NCBI RefSeq assembly: GCF_001481685.1
Contig: NZ_CP006867.1
Coordinates: 180,001-212,000, forward strand
From: Ignicoccus islandicus DSM 13165
GTDB lineage: Archaea; Thermoproteota; Thermoprotei_A; Sulfolobales; Ignicoccaceae
Direction: 5' to 3'
Length of the DNA: 32,000 nucleotides
Shown here piece after piece: positions 16,682-23,472 of the stretch. Both the position numbers and the translations under genes were made by a program. The notes under the pieces were generated by a model. That model searched no databases and was not told the origin of the DNA. It worked only from the letters and a program-made list of their open reading frames with translations. Each line of letters begins with the position of its first letter. Within the stretch, counting starts at the first letter, position 1.

Positions 16682-19642
16682 TTAGGGCTTGTAGAACGAT
16701 TGGAGGGAACGCGATACCTTATTTCGGCTCCTAATGGGGCATTCAATTCCTAGTTGCTTACTCAACTCGATCAGTGCTTCGCCCTCAACTTCGTCGGCTG
16801 TAAGGACTATGCAGAGGGCAGACGCCAAGTACTTGGCCTCGTCCACGTAATTGTAATAACGGTCCTCCAAATCTCTATATTTAGATTGGAAGTCGTTGGA
16901 CGAGTACGCGCTAACTGCGTAGTATTCGAGCAAGTGCAACGCATCGATTGCTGTGAGCGGAGTGGGGTCCCTCGGATCAATTCCCTTTTCCTTAAGGAGT
17001 TCGAAGAGAGCCTCTGTTTTCTCTTTCCCTACAGGTTCGAGCAACGCGTATTCCTTAGATCTGGAGCCGGAACGCTCAGTGAGCACGCGCATATCAACCA
17101 AATCTCTTACGGATAGGTTACCGAGGAGAGATAAATATATAGCCGTGTTGGAATCAATCCTTCTTCGAGAGTTACCTCCCTTCTCTAAGAGCTTCGTAAG
17201 TACGTAGAACCTCGATTCGATGCTTAGGGAGCCGTAAATACTCGAACCCAGTATTCCTTTAAGCAACGCCTCAGTAGTTAGCGGATACACGAATTTCTCT
17301 ATGAGATTGCTTGCGTCTCCCTTGAGCCCGATTATCTTGGCGTACTTCGTAGCGACTGACAACACGCATCCCATTGTGTATACGAACAAATCGAACCCTT
17401 CTAAGCCTTCCTTCCATCCTCTTTCCGATGCGCCAGGACACTTTTCGAGGACCTCGTTCCTCGCTTGCTGGAGGTTTATTGCATTCCCTATTCCCTTCCT
17501 AAAAACAACTACGAGGGAGGTATCTAAAACGCTCTTCCCCCTCCCAGTCACTCTCTCCCTCGATTCCGTTGCCATAGGCCAAGTAGCACTGACCCTTAAT
17601 CCAGCTCCCTTACTGGCCTCTAATAGCGCGCTCCAAGCCTCGGGAGTCGTATGGGCGTAGTAGACGACTAGCACGCCATCTTCCTTGAGTACGTTGCTCA
17701 TTGACCGAAAGGCCTTAGTTAGTAGCTTCTCGAAGTGTTCGTAGCTCCCAACTCCCTCGCCGAAGTGCTTGCTCCTACCAAGGTTCTCGCTCACTTCCTT
17801 ATCCGCGAAGCGCTCCCACTGAGTACCTATTTCAATGCCATCCTCGAAGAAGGCCTCGGGTAGGAACTTGGGTTCTAAGACCTTTAATCCAAACTCTTCC
17901 TTTACATCGCTTAGCGCCCGCTTAAGCCAAACGTAGTAGAAATCGCTTAGTTCTGCGTAGGGCACGTCATCTCTATAAGGTGGATCAGTAACAATTACAT
18001 CAAACATCTCATCTCCAAACTTGTTAAGCGCAGTAGTATCATCGAGTAAGACCCTAACCCTGCTAGGGCTATCAGAAATGGTAGAAACAAGATAAGACAA
18101 ACCATTTACTAACGTGTTGAGATTTCTTAGGTATGTTCCGGTCCAGCTAGCCCAAGGTGTCATATCATTCCAATTCCACATCATAGCAATACCTCTCATT
18201 GAGAGAGAATGTCCCATTATTAGAGACTGATTCCATCCTGTAACAAGAGAACTATAATCAGCATACTTACATAGTGCTATTGCTAGGTATGTTGTTATTG
18301 CTTCTGTGTATCTGTATGCTTCCTCCCTACTCCATCCTTCTCCTAGCTTTTCTTCCTCGACCTTCCTACCTACCTCGCGTATTAGCTTTACCAACTTGAT
18401 TATGGTGAGGAGCTGGCGTGGGTTGAAGAGCTTATAAAATCTATCGAATCCCCACACCCATATGCTTAGTGCACCACCACCGCTTGCCGAATATCTCCAC
18501 AAACCTTCACTTGGTACATCCGGATCTCCCCAGTATTGCTTTAATTTTTCAAGCGCCTTCCATAGCTTCTCTTGATCCTTCATCTCTGCTGGTTGAAATT
18601 CCAATCCATTGTTTCCTACCCTTACCTTTACCAGAATTCTCGGTCTAGCCCTCGATGCATTTATCAGTGTATTTAAGTCGATTTGCCCTTGCAAATATTG
18701 TTCCAGTTTATTGTTCCATTCCTTTAGAGCTTCCTTGACGTACCACTCTTTGCCGCTTTTACCAATTTGATTACCGCAGTGTAGGCAAATAGCGGTGCTC
18801 CTCCTAGCGTCCACGTTCTTCTGTGGTACCCTGAACTCCTCACCAGCTACCTTAATCGTGCCCTTAGATGCATCAACCTTAGCGTCTATTGACTTGACTC
18901 CCAGTTCCTTAGTTAGGTCCCTTACGTTTACTTCTATTCGATCACCGCTTTTCACTGGTTCCATCCAAGCCAGTCGCTTGTACTTTCCTTTCGAGTCTCC
19001 TACCCTGGCTAACCACCAATTGCCTACTAGAGGCGTCCACTTGCCGCAATGCGGACACTTCACTTCCCAAGTGCCTATGTAGACGGCGACGTCTTCATCG
19101 TATAACTCCTTCAAGTCCGGATCTTCCTTCAGTCTCTTCGTGATCCATTCTCCCCAGCGTTCCACTCCCTTGACTAGTTCCTCTCCCATTCCATTCTCGA
19201 CTGCCCACTTAGGGTACTCTAGAATTGCCTTAAGGAAGACGTAGGCCGTAGGCAGAAGCTCGGTTGCAACTACTTCCTCTACCCCCAGTCTGACCGCCTC
19301 TAGGGGTAAGTTTCCGAAACCAGCGAACGGATCGAGGAATTTGGCTCTGAAACGTCCCTTCCATTTATCGGGAATAGACGGATTGAACTTATGAGGTATT
19401 TTCTCATGGAGCTTTAAGGCATATATGAACTCGCTTTTATCTACGTCTTCGGGTAGGAGGGCTCCAGCTATTACAGCCCTCGCACCAATCAAAGGCTTCC
19501 TGGTCCACCAAAAGATCATTTCCCAATGGGGCGGCCTCCCACCGCCTTGCTTCTCTTTTAAGGATTTCTCGTTTATCAATCTTATAGGGAACTTCTCAGT
19601 TTCGATAAACCTTCTCAAATTAGTGGACCGAAGACTTGCCAA
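16682..19642 (-). CDS. DUF1156-type (COG1743-like) zinc-ribbon DNA methyltransferase, predicted adenine-specific
   Basis: N-terminal SLKEKQGGGRPPHWEMIFWWTRKPLIGARAVIAGAL, motif I FLDPFAGFGNLPLEAVRLG, zinc-binding pairs CPHCGKW and CLHCGNQ, catalytic VIVTDPPYRDDVPYAELSDFYYVWLKR. TTG start at 19642. Confidence 0.92.
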   Translation of the reverse strand: MASLRSTNLRRFIETEKFPIRLINEKSLKEKQGGGRPPHWEMIFWWTRKPLIGARAVIAGALLPEDVDKSEFIYALKLHEKIPHKFNPSIPDKWKGRFRAKFLDPFAGFGNLPLEAVRLGVEEVVATELLPTAYVFLKAILEYPKWAVENGMGEELVKGVERWGEWITKRLKEDPDLKELYDEDVAVYIGTWEVKCPHCGKWTPLVGNWWLARVGDSKGKYKRLAWMEPVKSGDRIEVNVRDLTKELGVKSIDAKVDASKGTIKVAGEEFRVPQKNVDARRSTAICLHCGNQIGKSGKEWYVKEALKEWNNKLEQYLQGQIDLNTLINASRARPRILVKVRVGNNGLEFQPAEMKDQEKLWKALEKLKQYWGDPDVPSEGLWRYSASGGGALSIWVWGFDRFYKLFNPRQLLTIIKLVKLIREVGRKVEEEKLGEGWSREEAYRYTEAITTYLAIALCKYADYSSLVTGWNQSLIMGHSLSMRGIAMMWNWNDMTPWASWTGTYLRNLNTLVNGLSYLVSTISDSPSRVRVLLDDTTALNKFGDEMFDVIVTDPPYRDDVPYAELSDFYYVWLKRALSDVKEEFGLKVLEPKFLPEAFFEDGIEIGTQWERFADKEVSENLGRSKHFGEGVGSYEHFEKLLTKAFRSMSNVLKEDGVLVVYYAHTTPEAWSALLEASKGAGLRVSATWPMATESRERVTGRGKSVLDTSLVVVFRKGIGNAINLQQARNEVLEKCPGASERGWKEGLEGFDLFVYTMGCVLSVATKYAKIIGLKGDASNLIEKFVYPLTTEALLKGILGSSIYGSLSIESRFYVLTKLLEKGGNSRRRIDSNTAIYLSLLGNLSVRDLVDMRVLTERSGSRSKEYALLEPVGKEKTEALFELLKEKGIDPRDPTPLTAIDALHLLEYYAVSAYSSNDFQSKYRDLEDRYYNYVDEAKYLASALCIVLTADEVEGEALIELSKQLGIECPIRSRNKVSRSLQSFYKP

Positions 19643-19719
19643 TCTGTAAGTTTATATTAATACTCTCATGAAGGGTAGGACAACGTAGAATAAGGTTTGC
19701 GTGCGTTCAGTTCAAGGTG
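19643..19719. promoter_or_regulatory. bidirectional promoter region between the methylase and ATPase genes
   Basis: Divergent genes; A/T-rich element TTTATATTAATA at ~19651-19662 usable on - as TATTAATATAAA. Confidence 0.5.
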
Positions 19720-19792
19720 ATGTACCTTTAAACCGTTCTATGAAGCCGCCAAACTACGGAAAGACGTTTTCGATGAGAGTCTCGACAAGGAA

Positions 19793-22700
19793 ATGGCCCC
19801 GAGCTTGGGCGGCGTTTACTTAAAGAGGGAACATCAGATCTACGTCGATCCCTACGAGTTCTTCGAGAGGACGGTACTCACTCGCGAGATGATCGAAGTA
19901 ATAAAGGAAGTGGGCACAGCTCTTTCAGGAAAAAGAGGCCGATTAATACTTTTAAATTCCCTTTTTGGAGGAGGAAAGACCCATACGATGCTATCGATAT
20001 ATCATGCCGTATCTCGACCTCCAGCACTCCGTAAGGCCTCGGTGGACGAAACGCTTCGCGAGGATTTATCTCTATTAAAGGATATTCTTTCCGGATTAAA
20101 GGACGTTCAAATCGTAGTAATAGACGGCCACGTATCAGCTACTGCCCCATCGCCCTTAGAGCCTCTCAAAGAAGGAAACGTAACAATAAGGACCTTGTGG
20201 GGATACCTAGCCTATAAGCTAGGAGTTTTCCCCAGATATTTGAATTACGAAGAGAACTTGACGCCGCCGGCAGTAGATAAAATAATTGAGATGTTTGAAA
20301 GTAGACCAACGCTTGTGCTGATAGATGAAATTTCGAATTACGTTAAAAGGTTGGCTGACTCGAGTAATGAAGACCTCAGGAAGTATTCGGAGCAAGTAAT
20401 TACGTTTTTAGAGAATTTTGCCAAAGCTATAGAGTCATCACCCCACGCAGTTGCGATAATTTCGGTACCGAAGGAAGAGGGAGAAACAGAATCTCACTAT
20501 AGAGAAATAGTTAGCAGAATTAACAAAGCCGTTGGAAGGATAGCGCTCCCCTACGCTCCCGTAAAACCAGACGATTTACCAAGGATCTTGAAGGTAAGGC
20601 TCTTCAAGGAAATAGACTTGGGAGCGGTAAATGAGGTAGTAGGCAAGTATTACGATTTAGTTACTAAACACGTAGACGAATTCGGTGGGAGCACAGCGTG
20701 GGTAAACGAGATCAACTCTACATACCCGTTCCATCCCGATTACATAGACGTAATTAAGACGATAATTGAGAACCACAAAGGCCTCCAAAAAACTAGAGAT
20801 GCGTTAAGGATCTCCCGAATCGTCGTAAGGGAATTATTTAAAAGGAGGGAAAAAACGTCCCTAGTAATGCCGTATCACATTGACCCATCAATTGGAGGCC
20901 TCGAGGGAACCCTCTTTAGAGGCGAGCTCGAGGCGTTCTCAAGAGTTTTTAACGAAGACGTTCTCAAGAGGGCTTCGGAGTGCGATGAGCCAGAACTGGC
21001 CCAGAGAATAGCTAAATACGTCTTCGCGAAAACTTTCACTATTTCACACGCAATCCTCTCGAAACCAACGATACTTCCTTCCAAGTACGATGTGGTAAGA
21101 GCTACTTACGAAGTAATTTCTAGTGACCTAAACCGTTGGGAGCCATCGAAGTACTTGCAAACGCTGGAATGGTTGTACGAGAAACTGGGTTACCTCTACG
21201 AGAAGGACGGTAGGTACTACTTCCGCGTCATTGGTGACATTAGGAAACTTATCGAGGAAGAGGCCAGGAACGTCTCACGGGACGAGGCTCTCCAGCAGTT
21301 GTTAGATGAAATAGAAAAACGCTACGTTGATTCACCACCCAGTAACGTCAGGTCGAAGCCTAGGCGCGCGAGAGGCCAAAGGGCGCTCTTCGAAGACGTA
21401 ATAGTTAAGAAAAGGCTTGAAGACTGGGACATAGACGAACGCAAATACGTTCTATGGATTGTGCTGGAAAAGCCATCGAAGGGCGAATTAGAACAACTCA
21501 TGTTTAGAGTTGGTAACGGCATAAGGCGTTACAGTAACTCCATCTACGTGCTATATCCGGGAAACACCGAACGCATCGAAAGGACGTTGGAAACTATGAA
21601 GAAGCGAATTGGTTGCGAAAGACTCAAGGGCAGACTTAAGGAATCGTTCGCGAACTTAGATGAAGCCGACTTCAAAGCGATTGAAATGAAATTGAAGCTA
21701 ACGTGCGATAAAATAGAGCAAGAACTCATAACGAACACCTACAGTTCGCTAAACGAGGTTGCTTACCCAACCCGTTCGGAGGACTTGATCTCGAACAGAG
21801 TCGATGCTTCCGAAATCAAGATCACTAACTACAGCATTGTAGAGAATGCCGAGAGGGCCTTATATGATGTAGGGAAGCTACTTTCGGCCAAGTACGGTAG
21901 CGAAGTTAGCTTGGAAGTCATTAAAGACTACTTAGAGCAATTGAGAGTAAGTATTATTGGAAAGACTATAGGCGAAATAGTAGATTACTTCTACGCGAAT
22001 CCGACGCTACCCGCAATTCCTAAAGACGAAGTAATTAAGGCATTCGAAGAAGAATCGGACCTCATTTGCGGCAACGAGATCTACACCAAGATATTCAAGG
22101 TCGTTGAGGAGAGGTGCTCGAAGGGTCAATGTAACAGAATAAGAGAAATCACGTTCGACGGAACGAAAGTAGGAGAGAATTGCCGAGTAACGACCCCAGT
22201 GGAGATACTGAGGTACCTAATCGAATCATGGAACCCATTCGGAGAGAACATGTTGGAGGAACTCGAAATAGACAAAGGATCGATAGTAGAGAGGGTCAAG
22301 TATTACGCGAGAGTTGAAGGCGAAACAATTGAACTAAAATCATTGGAAAGCGTAATAGAAGATATCGAATACCTCTCCTCTCCAATTGAAATAGTTAGGA
22401 GGGTCGAAGAAATAGAGAAAGGAGTTAGAATTTCGAACGTAGAGGTGCCGAAGGCGGTAAAGCCCGGAGAAGAAACGGAGATCGCAATAGAGCTTGAGAA
22501 CGTTGGAGAGTTTGAGGGAGAAGTCAGAATAACTAGCAACGAAGGACGCGTCGTGCCCGATAAAGTAACTTTCAATAAACCGGGCGAACGTAAAACTGCT
22601 AAATTGATCTTGAGGGTACCGGAAATGGAAGGAATACGTACTGTGGAAATAAAGGTTCTCTATAACGGTAATGAACTGAAGAAGGTTGTTGAGATACCGG

Positions 22701-23050
22701 TGAAAGGAATAGAAGAAGATTGGAACGAGGGAGTTCCGAACAAGGCGAAGGAAGTAATTTTGAAAGCGGAAAACGACCTCAAGCCGCTATTCATTCTCCT
22801 AAACAAGCTTGGTAATTGGAAAGCGACTAGGTTCACACTAAACGCAGAGAATGACGAAAGCGAAATGAGGATTGGATTAAGGAACTCTCCTACAACTCAA
22901 GTGAAGGCTGTGAGCGAGTTCGTTCTAAAGAGCTTTAGACCGAAGTCTATTAGCTACGAGATAGAGCTTCGAGGAGACGGACCAACTGAGCTCAAATTCG
23001 AAGAAGATGAGAGGAAAACTTTAGGAAAGTTCTACGTCCGCTATAGGTGA
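19793..23050 (+). CDS. DUF499-type (COG1483-like) AAA family ATPase; conserved N-terminus probably begins near 19720
   Basis: YVDPYEFFERTVLTREM, Walker A NSLFGGGKTHTMLSIYH, Walker B PTLVLIDEISNYV, large alpha-rich body, C-terminal beta-sandwich (VKPGEETEIAIELENVG). In-frame upstream codons encode FKPFYEAAKLRKDVFDESLDKE. Confidence 0.9.
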   Translation: MAPSLGGVYLKREHQIYVDPYEFFERTVLTREMIEVIKEVGTALSGKRGRLILLNSLFGGGKTHTMLSIYHAVSRPPALRKASVDETLREDLSLLKDILSGLKDVQIVVIDGHVSATAPSPLEPLKEGNVTIRTLWGYLAYKLGVFPRYLNYEENLTPPAVDKIIEMFESRPTLVLIDEISNYVKRLADSSNEDLRKYSEQVITFLENFAKAIESSPHAVAIISVPKEEGETESHYREIVSRINKAVGRIALPYAPVKPDDLPRILKVRLFKEIDLGAVNEVVGKYYDLVTKHVDEFGGSTAWVNEINSTYPFHPDYIDVIKTIIENHKGLQKTRDALRISRIVVRELFKRREKTSLVMPYHIDPSIGGLEGTLFRGELEAFSRVFNEDVLKRASECDEPELAQRIAKYVFAKTFTISHAILSKPTILPSKYDVVRATYEVISSDLNRWEPSKYLQTLEWLYEKLGYLYEKDGRYYFRVIGDIRKLIEEEARNVSRDEALQQLLDEIEKRYVDSPPSNVRSKPRRARGQRALFEDVIVKKRLEDWDIDERKYVLWIVLEKPSKGELEQLMFRVGNGIRRYSNSIYVLYPGNTERIERTLETMKKRIGCERLKGRLKESFANLDEADFKAIEMKLKLTCDKIEQELITNTYSSLNEVAYPTRSEDLISNRVDASEIKITNYSIVENAERALYDVGKLLSAKYGSEVSLEVIKDYLEQLRVSIIGKTIGEIVDYFYANPTLPAIPKDEVIKAFEEESDLICGNEIYTKIFKVVEERCSKGQCNRIREITFDGTKVGENCRVTTPVEILRYLIESWNPFGENMLEELEIDKGSIVERVKYYARVEGETIELKSLESVIEDIEYLSSPIEIVRRVEEIEKGVRISNVEVPKAVKPGEETEIAIELENVGEFEGEVRITSNEGRVVPDKVTFNKPGERKTAKLILRVPEMEGIRTVEIKVLYNGNELKKVVEIPVKGIEEDWNEGVPNKAKEVILKAENDLKPLFILLNKLGNWKATRFTLNAENDESEMRIGLRNSPTTQVKAVSEFVLKSFRPKSISYEIELRGDGPTELKFEEDERKTLGKFYVRYR

Positions 23051-23472
23051 TGGGTGATTTGGAAGAGAGCTCAGTAATAGAGTTAAGGAAGAAGAGATCC
23101 AAGGGGAGAGTTCACGAGTACGCTTACTTCAATGGCTTCCTCCGACTTAAATGCGACTGGAAGTACCTTTTATCGAACCTAGATACGCTTTCAAAGGAGA
23201 TTGGAGTATATTACGAAAGCAATGGCACTAAGATACTGCTATACGGGGACGTAGACAGGCTCGTCAAGAAGTTGGTAATAACTTGCAGCGTTCGTCAATG
23301 CACTAAGAGCCTTAGAGCAATTGAGAAAGCAAGGGATATCGTCTGGGAACTTAATTACTTCGAGGACACCTTCTGGTATTCCAAAATAGTGGAAAACTTT
23401 GAAAGGGGCGGGTTTTGGAGCGTATGTAGGGTGGTCAGTTCGTTTCGAAAACTCTACAAACTCGATAAGTAA
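23047..23472 (+). CDS. hypothetical 141-aa protein between the ATPase and helicase genes
   Basis: Overlaps the ATPase stop by 4 nt and the only usable helicase start by 74 nt; coding-like composition. No family recognised. Confidence 0.75.
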   Translation: MMGDLEESSVIELRKKRSKGRVHEYAYFNGFLRLKCDWKYLLSNLDTLSKEIGVYYESNGTKILLYGDVDRLVKKLVITCSVRQCTKSLRAIEKARDIVWELNYFEDTFWYSKIVENFERGGFWSVCRVVSSFRKLYKLDK

